Origin: Azospirillum sp.
GTDB taxonomy: Bacteria > Pseudomonadota > Alphaproteobacteria > Azospirillales > Azospirillaceae
Length of the DNA: 64,000 nt
Direction: 5' to 3'
Assembly: GCA_031546725.1 (NCBI GenBank)
Contig: JAVBJZ010000007.1
Location: 788-64,787, forward strand
A program made the position numbers and the translations under genes. Under the pieces are notes generated by a model that made no database searches, was not told the origin of the DNA, and saw nothing but the letters and a program-made list of their open reading frames with translations. This document shows, in pieces, positions 20,843 to 28,718 of this stretch (the first letter of the stretch is position 1; each line of letters begins with the position of its first letter).

Positions 20843-20872
20843 GTTCCTATACGCCTGGTTCCTATACGCCAG
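20843..20872. repeat. 15-bp tandem duplication, intergenic
   Basis: GTTCCTATACGCCTG / GTTCCTATACGCCAG. Confidence 0.8.
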
Positions 20873-20898
20873 ATTTCACGGTGGTGGGAGCCCGCAGT

Positions 20899-22083
20899 TC
20901 AGCATTGTTCCATTTTTCCGCCGACCCAGGTCCTCCGTGGGATCAGATCGTCATCAAGATGCACGAGATCAGCCGCCATGCCCGGTGCGATACGGCCACG
21001 CCGGTCCGCCACGCCCAGGAATTCCGCTGGGTAGGTGGAGGCCATGCGCAACGCCTCCTCCACGGGAATGCCGACCAGCCGCACGCAGTTGCGCACCGCC
21101 GTCGCCATGTCGAGCGCTGAGCCAGCCAGCCGGCCATCGGCGCTGACACACCGGCCACCGCGCACCGTCACCGTTTGCCCGTAGAGCTGAAAATCGCCGG
21201 TCTGAGAATCGGGGGCCTGAGAATCGGGGGCCTGAGAATCGCTGTGGAAGGCCCCCACCGGCGGCATGGAATCGGTGACCAGGAACAGCTTGCCGCGCGG
21301 TTTCGCCTTCCAGGCCAGGCGCACGGCGGCGGGGTGCACGTGGTGGCCGTCCACCACGATGCCGCACCAGACCGAATCCTCGGCCAGCGCCGCCCCGACC
21401 GCACCGGGTTCCCGATGGCCCAGGGGGCTCATGGCGTTGTAGAGATGGGTGAAACCGCTGATCCCCGCCGCGATTCCCGCTTGCGCCTGTTCCCACGTCG
21501 CGGCGGTATGCCCGGCTGAAACACGAACGCCGTGCGCCACCAGGGCGCGGATCGTCTCGGCGGGCGCCGTCTCCGGGGCCAGAGTGACCAGCGTGCGGTT
21601 GGGCCCGAGCTGGGTCATCAGGTGAAAATCATCCTCATCGGGCAGCCCGATGAAGCGGGCGTCGTGCACTCCCCGGCGCTCGAAAGCGATGTGCGGCCCT
21701 TCGAGATGCAGGCCCAGCACACCCGGTTCATCATCGGCCAACGCGGCGGCGACCGCCTCCACCGCGCGGCGGCGCTGGCCCGGTGAATCGGTGATGAACG
21801 TCAGCAAAAGCCCGGTGACGCCAAAACGCCGATGAGCGGCGACGATACGCCGAATCGCCTCACGGTCCGGCTGATCGTTGAACAGAACGCCGCCACCGCC
21901 ATTGACCTGCGCGTCGATAAAGCCGGGAGCCAGCACGCCGCCGCCAAGATCATGCAGCACGGTCTGCGCGGGGATCTGCGCCAACGGCGCCACGCCAAGC
22001 ACCGAGTCACCATCGAGCAGCACCGCCGTATTGGAAAGGACGGCATCGCCGGTGTGGATGGTGGCATTGATAAGAGCGTCCAT
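20899..22083 (-). CDS. nagA: N-acetylglucosamine-6-phosphate deacetylase
   Basis: PGFIDAQVNGGGG, LHLEGP, VSAGHTAA, THLYNAMS, HVHP, VTDSM, LAGSAL. Confidence 0.95.
   Translation of the reverse strand: MDALINATIHTGDAVLSNTAVLLDGDSVLGVAPLAQIPAQTVLHDLGGGVLAPGFIDAQVNGGGGVLFNDQPDREAIRRIVAAHRRFGVTGLLLTFITDSPGQRRRAVEAVAAALADDEPGVLGLHLEGPHIAFERRGVHDARFIGLPDEDDFHLMTQLGPNRTLVTLAPETAPAETIRALVAHGVRVSAGHTAATWEQAQAGIAAGISGFTHLYNAMSPLGHREPGAVGAALAEDSVWCGIVVDGHHVHPAAVRLAWKAKPRGKLFLVTDSMPPVGAFHSDSQAPDSQAPDSQTGDFQLYGQTVTVRGGRCVSADGRLAGSALDMATAVRNCVRLVGIPVEEALRMASTYPAEFLGVADRRGRIAPGMAADLVHLDDDLIPRRTWVGGKMEQC
21187..21241. repeat. 15-bp in-frame tandem repeat in nagA (DSQAP units)
   Basis: CTGAGAATCGGGGGC x2 plus a partial copy and a degenerate leading copy; protein HSDSQAPDSQAPDSQTGDF. 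Confidence 0.9.
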
Positions 22084-22187
22084 GAGAGGCAAACCTGACC
22101 AGACAAAAAGAGCCCTTCTGCGCCTGGCTCAGGAGAAACCCCTGATCGTCGTCGTCGGGGATTGCCCAGCCGCCGGATTTCTGGCAG

Positions 22188-22255
22188 AAAAAAGGCCGCT
22201 GCATGCAGCGGCCTGAGTTTAGGGAGGAAACGCCCACGAAGGGCAATGCAGCAAT
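22188..22255 (-). ncRNA. suhB / MmgR (alpha-r8) family small RNA
   Basis: Minus strand: 5' hairpin GCCC-TTCGT-GGGC, conserved decamer TTTCCTCCCT (22230-22221), then terminator palindrome AGGCCGCTGCATGCAGCGGCCT plus TTTTT. 5' end approximate. Confidence 0.72.
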
Positions 22256-22259
22256 CGTC

Positions 22260-22271
22260 TGCTGCACTGCA
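22260..22271 (-). promoter_or_regulatory. PhaR/AniA-like operator upstream of the sRNA
   Basis: Minus strand TGCAGTGCAGCA fits the TGCRNYGCASMA motif I recall for Bradyrhizobium PhaR. Confidence 0.45.
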
Positions 22272-22417
22272 AAAAATATGCAGTAAACGACGATCTGGCA
22301 ACACCGAAGCAAAACCCCAATGGTGGGAATTCTGTGTTTTAAGGACGAAGTGTGGTCGTAGAGCCACACCGATCACAGCCATTCAAGGGCGCGGACTCTC
22401 CGATTTAGAGGCTGTCT

Positions 22418-23281
22418 GTGACTGAGGCGACGCCAACCCAACCACCGCCGCCCTCCGCCAATCGGCAGTTTGGCGCGTTCCTGACCGCTCTGTCTGAGCG
22501 AACCCCGGCTGAACAAACATTGGCTGGACAAACATTAGCTGGACGCAAGCTGGCGCTTTTTCTCGACTATGACGGCACATTGGCGCCCATCGTCGATCGC
22601 CCGGAACAGGCGCTTCTCAGCGACGCCACGCGGTCGGTCATCGCGAAACTCGCCGCGCTGTGCACGGTGGCGGTGGTGAGCGGTCGTGATCTCGATGACG
22701 TCCACCGGATGGTTGGACTGGACACGCTCGTCTACGCCGGCAGCCATGGCTTCGACATCCGTGGGCCAAATCTGCGCCTTCAGATCGGCCTGGAATACGT
22801 GCCGGCGCTGGAACGCGCCGCTGCAGCCTTGCGGGAACGGCTGGGCGCTGGAAAGGAGACGGGCGTGCTGGTTGAGCACAAGCGCTTCGCTGTCGCCGTC
22901 CACACGCGGCTCGCCTCGCCTGAAGCCAAATCCATGGCCGCCGCCGCGGTGCGCGCGGTGGCGGCGGGGGAGAACGGGCTGCGCATCACCGGCGGCAAGG
23001 AAATCCTGGAACTGCGCCCGAATCTGCCCTGGGACAAGGGGCGGGCGGTGCTGGCCCTGCTGGACGCGCTGGGGGGGCCGGACACGCTGCCGCTTTACAT
23101 CGGCGACGACGAGACCGACGAGGACGCCTTGCGTGCCCTGCACGGGCGCGGCATCGGCATCCGCGTCATGGACAGCCCGACCGATTCGGCTGCGGACTGG
23201 AGCCTGGCTGATCCTTATGAGGTGCGGTTGTTCTTGGAGCGTCTTCAAAAGACCCTGGCTGAACGTCATAGGGCCTTATGA
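22418..23281 (+). CDS. otsB: trehalose-6-phosphate phosphatase
   Basis: HAD motifs FLDYDGTLAPIV, VVSGRDL, YAGSHG, ELRP..WDKG, YIGDDETDEDA. Confidence 0.95.
   Translation: MTEATPTQPPPPSANRQFGAFLTALSERTPAEQTLAGQTLAGRKLALFLDYDGTLAPIVDRPEQALLSDATRSVIAKLAALCTVAVVSGRDLDDVHRMVGLDTLVYAGSHGFDIRGPNLRLQIGLEYVPALERAAAALRERLGAGKETGVLVEHKRFAVAVHTRLASPEAKSMAAAAVRAVAAGENGLRITGGKEILELRPNLPWDKGRAVLALLDALGGPDTLPLYIGDDETDEDALRALHGRGIGIRVMDSPTDSAADWSLADPYEVRLFLERLQKTLAERHRAL
22511..22555. repeat. 15-bp in-frame tandem repeat in otsB (xQTLA units)
   Basis: GAACAAACATTGGCT / GGACAAACATTAGCT / GGACGCAAGCTGGCG = EQTLA GQTLA GRKLA. Confidence 0.8.
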
Positions 23282-23362
23282 ACCAAGACTCCCTCACGGC
23301 TGCGCTTTGAAGCGCCAGGAGTATAACCTTCGCCCTGGCTTTGCGTGAAATGACAGCTTTAC

Positions 23363-23396
23363 TGCGCGTAACGCGCAATATTTGTTGCCATAACAA
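23363..23396. promoter_or_regulatory. two adjacent palindromes upstream of the polysaccharide export genes (candidate operators)
   Basis: TGCGCGT-A-ACGCGCA (23363-77) and TTGTT-GCCAT-AACAA (23382-96). Confidence 0.3.
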
Positions 23397-23544
23397 CACA
23401 GAGGCGCGCAAAAACTGGAGCACTACGTCTTCATTGTTGCCTTGGAAGCACGGCATGGGCTGAGTTTGTCGTTCGTTTGCGACCGTCCCAACCGACGGGC
23501 GCACCAGAATAACGGCAAATGAGCCCTCAAGCGCGGTGCCCAAA

Positions 23545-24864
23545 ATGAAGAACACGTCTCTATCGATTCTTGCTTTTGCATCGATGGCCACCGCCCTGAC
23601 CAGCCAACCAGCGAGGGCGCAAGAGATGCCGCTGGGGCTGCCGCTGGAGCTGGAACGCGGCGAAACCGTTCTGCAACGCCACCGCCCGGAGGTGGAACAG
23701 CTCGGCGTGCGCGCCGGGTCATTCCTTATCCTGCCGCGCATCGAAGCCGGCGCCACCTACGACACCAACGTCTTTTTGACCGACACCGACACGCGGCACG
23801 ACTGGTTGTTCATCGTCCGGCCCAGTGTCGACGTGAAGTCGAACTTTTCAAGCCACGCGCTGAATTTCAGCGCGTCCGGTGACTTCGGTCGCTACAGCGA
23901 GTTCGACAGCGAGAATTACGACGATTACCGGGTGGCGGTCGACGGGCGCTATGACATCGGGCGCGAGACGGCGCTCAGCGGCAATTTGTTTCACAGCCGC
24001 TTCCACGAGGGACGCTCGGACCCCGATGCTTTCGCCAGCGGCGTCATCAACCCCTTCCAGGTCGGCAACTTCGCCGAGCCCGTCGTCTATTACGGCACCG
24101 GCGGCGAAGTCGCCCTGACGCAAGGCTTCAACCGCATCCACGTGCGCTTGAGCGCCCAGGCCACCAACTATGACTACAATGACATCGCCCTTGTCGGCGG
24201 CGGCAAGGATTCGCTGGAAGACCGCAACCGCTGGGAATACGGGACGGCGCTGCGCGTCGGCTATGACCTCGGCACCGGCTATCAGCCCTTCGTGCAAGCC
24301 GCCTACACCCGAACCGACTACGAGCGCGCCACTGATTTCTCCGGCCGCGACCGTGATGCGAACGGGTATGAGTTCGATGTCGGCGCCGCCTTCGCTCTGA
24401 ACGGCCTGATGACCGGCGAGATCTTCGCCGGCTATTTGACCCGGCAGTATGAAGACCATCAGGTCAAGGACTTCAGCGGCTTATCCATCGGCGGTCAGCT
24501 TAATTGGACGGTCACCCAGCTGACCACCATCAGCGGTCGTCTCGCCCGCCAAATCCACGAGACGGACGTGACGCTTGGCGATCAGCTCGCATCCAACTAC
24601 ACAAGGACCATCGTCGCCCTTGGCGTCGATCACGAACTGCGGCGCAACCTGCTGCTTAACGCGCGCCTGCAATGGCGTCAGGATGACTTCAACGGGATCC
24701 CCCGCACCGACAATGTCTACACCGCCACAGCCGGCGCCACCTATCTGATCAACCGGAACCTCTTCTTGAACGGCGGATACACCTACGAGACTCGGAAATC
24801 GAATGTTTCCGGCCTCGACTATAAGGACAATCTGCTGTTCTTGCGCCTTGGGGTGCAAATGTAG
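23545..24864 (+). CDS. outer-membrane beta-barrel protein associated with polysaccharide export
   Basis: Sec signal (ARA-Q), G.RAGSF...P motif, alternating beta-strand pattern, C-terminal LFLRLGVQM. Confidence 0.85.
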   Translation: MKNTSLSILAFASMATALTSQPARAQEMPLGLPLELERGETVLQRHRPEVEQLGVRAGSFLILPRIEAGATYDTNVFLTDTDTRHDWLFIVRPSVDVKSNFSSHALNFSASGDFGRYSEFDSENYDDYRVAVDGRYDIGRETALSGNLFHSRFHEGRSDPDAFASGVINPFQVGNFAEPVVYYGTGGEVALTQGFNRIHVRLSAQATNYDYNDIALVGGGKDSLEDRNRWEYGTALRVGYDLGTGYQPFVQAAYTRTDYERATDFSGRDRDANGYEFDVGAAFALNGLMTGEIFAGYLTRQYEDHQVKDFSGLSIGGQLNWTVTQLTTISGRLARQIHETDVTLGDQLASNYTRTIVALGVDHELRRNLLLNARLQWRQDDFNGIPRTDNVYTATAGATYLINRNLFLNGGYTYETRKSNVSGLDYKDNLLFLRLGVQM

Positions 24865-24965
24865 GAATCGTTGCGTTTAGAGCCGATCGCGTTCGGCTAA
24901 AAGCCGGATGCGTGAATCGGCCCCTTAGTGAATCGGCTCGTCAAATCAAATAGCTGAAACGCTCG

Positions 24966-24993
24966 ACGCCCACCGAAAGGTGGGCGTTTTCTT
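24966..24993 (+). terminator. Rho-independent terminator
   Basis: ACGCCCACC-GAAA-GGTGGGCGT followed by TTTCTT. Confidence 0.8.
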
Positions 24994-25176
24994 ATGCGCA
25001 TGGCATAGGCCCTTGACGTTTGCACGTGGTGAGTCTCGACCGGGTGGATTAATCCGACTCCACTTTTTCCCAAACCCCATCGACTTGCTAGGCTTGACAG
25101 TAAGACCTCGGGTGAGTCGTTCGCTAACGCCTTCCTGCCGGTCCTGGAGTTCACGAGCTTAGGGAAGGTTTTCCGG

Positions 25177-25755
25177 ATGAATCGACGTATGGTATTCCGC
25201 ACGCTCGGGTTCACCGCTGTCGGCGCCGGTTTTGCCCTCAGCGGCTGCGCCAGCCAAGACGCCCCATTTGAACCAGCGGAACTCACGCCACAGGCGAACG
25301 AGTACCGGCTTGGTGCGGGCGACGCCTTGCGTGTCATCGTGTTCGGTGAAGAACAATTGTCCGGCGAGTTTCGCCTCGATGCGGTAGGCCGTGTAGCGAT
25401 GCCGTTGATCGGCGAAGTGCAGGCCAAGAACAAGACCACCCGCGATCTGGAAAAGGACATCGCCAAACGCCTGCAGGCCGGCTATGTCAAGGACGCCAAG
25501 GTCAGTGTCGAGGTGCTGAACTTCCGCCCCTTCTTTATTCTGGGAGAGGTGCGCAACCCCGGCCAATACGCCTATGTCAACGGCATGTCCGCGCTGTCCG
25601 CGGTCGCCATGGCCGGCGGCTACACCTACCGCGCCAAGGAGGATTACATCCTCGTCTCACGCGGCAGCGACCCGACCAAACAGATCTATAAGGCGCCGAT
25701 CACCACGCCGGTGATGCCCGACGACGTCGTCCGCATCCCCGAACGCTATTTCTGA
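25177..25755 (+). CDS. short OPX (Wza/GumB-like) polysaccharide export lipoprotein
   Basis: Lipobox LSGC; Poly_export YRLGAGDALRV.VFGE, MPLIGEV; SLBB domain GEVRNPGQY, AVAMAGGYT; 192 aa. Confidence 0.92.
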   Translation: MNRRMVFRTLGFTAVGAGFALSGCASQDAPFEPAELTPQANEYRLGAGDALRVIVFGEEQLSGEFRLDAVGRVAMPLIGEVQAKNKTTRDLEKDIAKRLQAGYVKDAKVSVEVLNFRPFFILGEVRNPGQYAYVNGMSALSAVAMAGGYTYRAKEDYILVSRGSDPTKQIYKAPITTPVMPDDVVRIPERYF

Positions 25756-25793
25756 GCCTTGCGCCGGAAGGCTTGGAGCAAGCCTTCCGGTAT

Positions 25794-25955
25794 CTATACA
25801 TAGGCCAAGATCAAGAACGCGTTTATCACGATCACCGCAGCCACCGCCAGGATAAGCCCGGTTGTCCGCAACGCTCCTTGCCGGTGCAGCGCCACGGCGG
25901 TCCCTATAACGGCGATACTCAGAAAAAGGAGCGTAAATTCACGGTCTGTCATCAT
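25794..25955 (-). CDS. small two-TM membrane protein
   Basis: MMTDREFTLLFLSIAVIGTAVALHRQGALRTTGLILAVAAVIVINAFLILAYV; follows the Sel1 gene on the same strand. Confidence 0.55.
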   Translation of the reverse strand: MMTDREFTLLFLSIAVIGTAVALHRQGALRTTGLILAVAAVIVINAFLILAYV

Positions 25956-26023
25956 GCGTGGACACCGCCCATCATCCTTATACGATGGGGACAATAGGCA
26001 TCTCCGGCTGCGCTGAACAAGCC

Positions 26024-27322
26024 TTACTCTTGCTCCGCCCCCTCCTCCGGGGCCGGCAATCCGAACTCGGCATAGCCTTGGCGCACATTGTTCCGCTGGG
26101 CGGGGCTGGCGCGTTTCCAGGCGAAATCCAGCCATTGCCGGGCGCGAATCCTGTCCGGGTCGCCAAGCCGGCCACGACCGATGATCAGGCCAAGGTTAAG
26201 CGCGGCGTCGACATGCCCTTGCCGGGCGGCTTTCTCAAACCACTGGGCGGCCATGTGCGGGTCGGCTTTCATGGCGTGCCCACGGTAATGGCACAGGCCC
26301 AGTTCGAACTGCGCGGCGGCATGCCCTTGTTCAGCCGCCATACGGAACCACAGCGCCGCGTCGAACAGGTCCGGCGCACCCACCTGCCCTTGCCGATACA
26401 CGCAGCCGAGCCGCCATTGAGCGGACGGGTCCCCCTGCCGCGCCGCCCGGCGCAGCAGCGCGACCGCCCGCCCCATATCCGGCGCTGCGCCTTGCCCCGT
26501 GGCGTGCAGCGCGGCCAAATGGATCATCGACGGCGTATGGTGGCGCTCGACCGCTCGCCGGAACCAGACGACGGCGTGCGCCGGGTCGCGCAGCGATTCC
26601 GGCGCCGTGAGGTACAGCATCCCCAACGCCCCCATGGCTTCGACATCACCGAGACCGGCGGCGATGCGCAGATGCCCCAGGGCTTCGTCTTCATTACGCT
26701 CGAGGTGGTCGCCGGCGATCCGAAGGCTCGCCATCACCCGATGAGCGTCAGCGCAACCGGCCTGCATGGACTGGCGCAACAGGGCGATGGCGCGCTCCGG
26801 GTCCGGCGCAACGCCAACGCCGTCGAGATAGCGGCGGGCCATATGGACCTGAGCCATGGCGTCGCCACCACACGCCGCGCGCTCCATCCACCGGAGCCCT
26901 TCCGCCTCGTTGCACGGCAGCTCGACACCGACCGGAAACAACAAAGCGCGGTTGGCCCGCGCTGCTTCAGCCGCAACGTCGCCGTACCATTGGTCCGGCG
27001 CATGCCCCCGCGGAAGCCTCTCCGAGCCACGAAGCAGCATCTGCCCGAGCAGGCGTTGCGCTTCCCCATTCCCCGCTTCAGCGGCCCGGCGCAGCCACAC
27101 CGCCGCCTCGGGGAAGTTGCGCACCACACCGCGCCCTTCGATGAAGCAGCGGGCAAGCAACAATTGGACGTCCGTGTCGCCCGTCCTGGCCCGCCGTTTC
27201 AGCGCGGAGATGGTGTGCGGGTTGCTGGTGAACAGCCTTTCCATGCGGCTGACCAGGGCCCAGAAGCGGCGCATCCATCCGCCTGAGCCCCCGCTTGGCC
27301 GGGTTTCCGCGTCAGGGCTCAC
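26024..27322 (-). CDS. Sel1-like repeat (SLR) protein
   Basis: Repeated A.x.LG..Y..G.G...D...A..W.x.AA..G units; GTG start overlaps the hlyD-like stop. Confidence 0.9.
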   Translation of the reverse strand: MSPDAETRPSGGSGGWMRRFWALVSRMERLFTSNPHTISALKRRARTGDTDVQLLLARCFIEGRGVVRNFPEAAVWLRRAAEAGNGEAQRLLGQMLLRGSERLPRGHAPDQWYGDVAAEAARANRALLFPVGVELPCNEAEGLRWMERAACGGDAMAQVHMARRYLDGVGVAPDPERAIALLRQSMQAGCADAHRVMASLRIAGDHLERNEDEALGHLRIAAGLGDVEAMGALGMLYLTAPESLRDPAHAVVWFRRAVERHHTPSMIHLAALHATGQGAAPDMGRAVALLRRAARQGDPSAQWRLGCVYRQGQVGAPDLFDAALWFRMAAEQGHAAAQFELGLCHYRGHAMKADPHMAAQWFEKAARQGHVDAALNLGLIIGRGRLGDPDRIRARQWLDFAWKRASPAQRNNVRQGYAEFGLPAPEEGAEQE

Positions 27323-28718
27323 GCATGCTCTCGCGCACGCCGCCCAACAAGGGGCGCAGAAGGTAGGAGATGACCGTCCGCTCTCCGACTTTAATGTCGG
27401 CGACCAGCGGCATGCCCGGCAGCAGCGGGTGGTTTTCCGGCACGTTGCGCAACGCGCTGTCCGTCAGCGTGATGCGAGCGCGGTAGTACAGGCCCGAACC
27501 GGCGCGCGGCATTCCGCCATCGGCGCCCCCCATCATGTTCTGATTGCCCACCTGCTCTGATTTTCCGGCGAAGGAATCCTCACTGATGGTGAGAACCACG
27601 CCCTTGGCCGCGCCATGTTCAAGAAAACTATAGGCATCGAACTTGACTTGCACCGCGTCGCCGGCACGGACAAAGCCGATGTCGCCGCCGTCGATCTGCG
27701 CCATCACTTCCAGGGGTGCGTTCATCGGCGCCAGCGTGAACAGCGGCTCCGCTTCGCGCAGAACCGCGTTGACGGAACGATTCGCCACCTCCAGCACGAT
27801 GGAATCGACGGGGGCGGTCAGAGTCACCAGTTGCTGGCGTTTCCTGGCCTTTTGCATCTGCTCGACCAAGCCGTCACGCTCGGTGCGTTGCTGGACCAGA
27901 GTTTGGGCGGTCTCGCTTTCCCATTGACCGACGAAGGCCGCGCGCTGGGCCTTGAGGTCGTCCAGCTCATGCTCGGCTTCCTCGGCGCTGGCGTTGGCGA
28001 CCACAAGGTTTCGCTCCGCCTCCAGGCGTCCCGCCGTGGCGGCCAGCGCGTTCAGTCGGCTGCCGGTCTGGTTGGCCGCCAGCATGTTGCGGATGCTCTC
28101 GATCTCGCGATAGCTGGTGAGCTGATCCGCGTAGAACCGCGCTTGACGGCGGTTGCTGGTCACCATCGCCAGGGAACGGGCCATGCGTTCGTCGTAACTG
28201 CGGGTCTGCGATTGAAAATGCTCCTGTCGGCTGCGCCACAGCGCCGTCTGGGTCAGCGTCACCTCCGGCGGCAGCGTGCCGGCCGGCTCGTACGGCGCGT
28301 TGGCCATTTCAGCGGCGAGGCGCGCGATCTGCGCGTCGAGCATCTGTATCCGCACGGCAAGCTGACCGACATCCGACGCCGTAAAAGTCGGGTCCAGGGT
28401 GGCCAGCACCTGGCCGGCGCGCACCACATCGCCGGCCTTGACGCTGACGCTCTTCAGGATCGAGGTCTCGATCGGTTGCAAGGTGATCGCCGTCTCGGTG
28501 GACACCAATTTGCCGTGCGCCACCACGACACGGTCGATCCTGGCCAGACACGCCCAGATGATCGCAGCCACGATCAACGCCACCAGCGCATAGAGCGTCG
28601 CGCGCAGGGTTTTCGGTTCTCCCTCGATCTCCGCCATACCCGACTGGAAATCATCGATGAACGGCGCGCTATCCGTCTCAGCCCTGCGGCTGGGCGTTTT
28701 GATCGGTACGACGCTCAT
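27312..28718 (-). CDS. HlyD family type I secretion periplasmic adaptor
   Basis: N-terminal TM, V.AGDVVRAGQVL, coiled coil, TLTAPVDS, DIGFVRAG, LLPGMPL.ADIKVGERTVISYLL. ATGA overlap with the ABC gene. Confidence 0.95.
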   Translation of the reverse strand: MSVVPIKTPSRRAETDSAPFIDDFQSGMAEIEGEPKTLRATLYALVALIVAAIIWACLARIDRVVVAHGKLVSTETAITLQPIETSILKSVSVKAGDVVRAGQVLATLDPTFTASDVGQLAVRIQMLDAQIARLAAEMANAPYEPAGTLPPEVTLTQTALWRSRQEHFQSQTRSYDERMARSLAMVTSNRRQARFYADQLTSYREIESIRNMLAANQTGSRLNALAATAGRLEAERNLVVANASAEEAEHELDDLKAQRAAFVGQWESETAQTLVQQRTERDGLVEQMQKARKRQQLVTLTAPVDSIVLEVANRSVNAVLREAEPLFTLAPMNAPLEVMAQIDGGDIGFVRAGDAVQVKFDAYSFLEHGAAKGVVLTISEDSFAGKSEQVGNQNMMGGADGGMPRAGSGLYYRARITLTDSALRNVPENHPLLPGMPLVADIKVGERTVISYLLRPLLGGVRESMREP

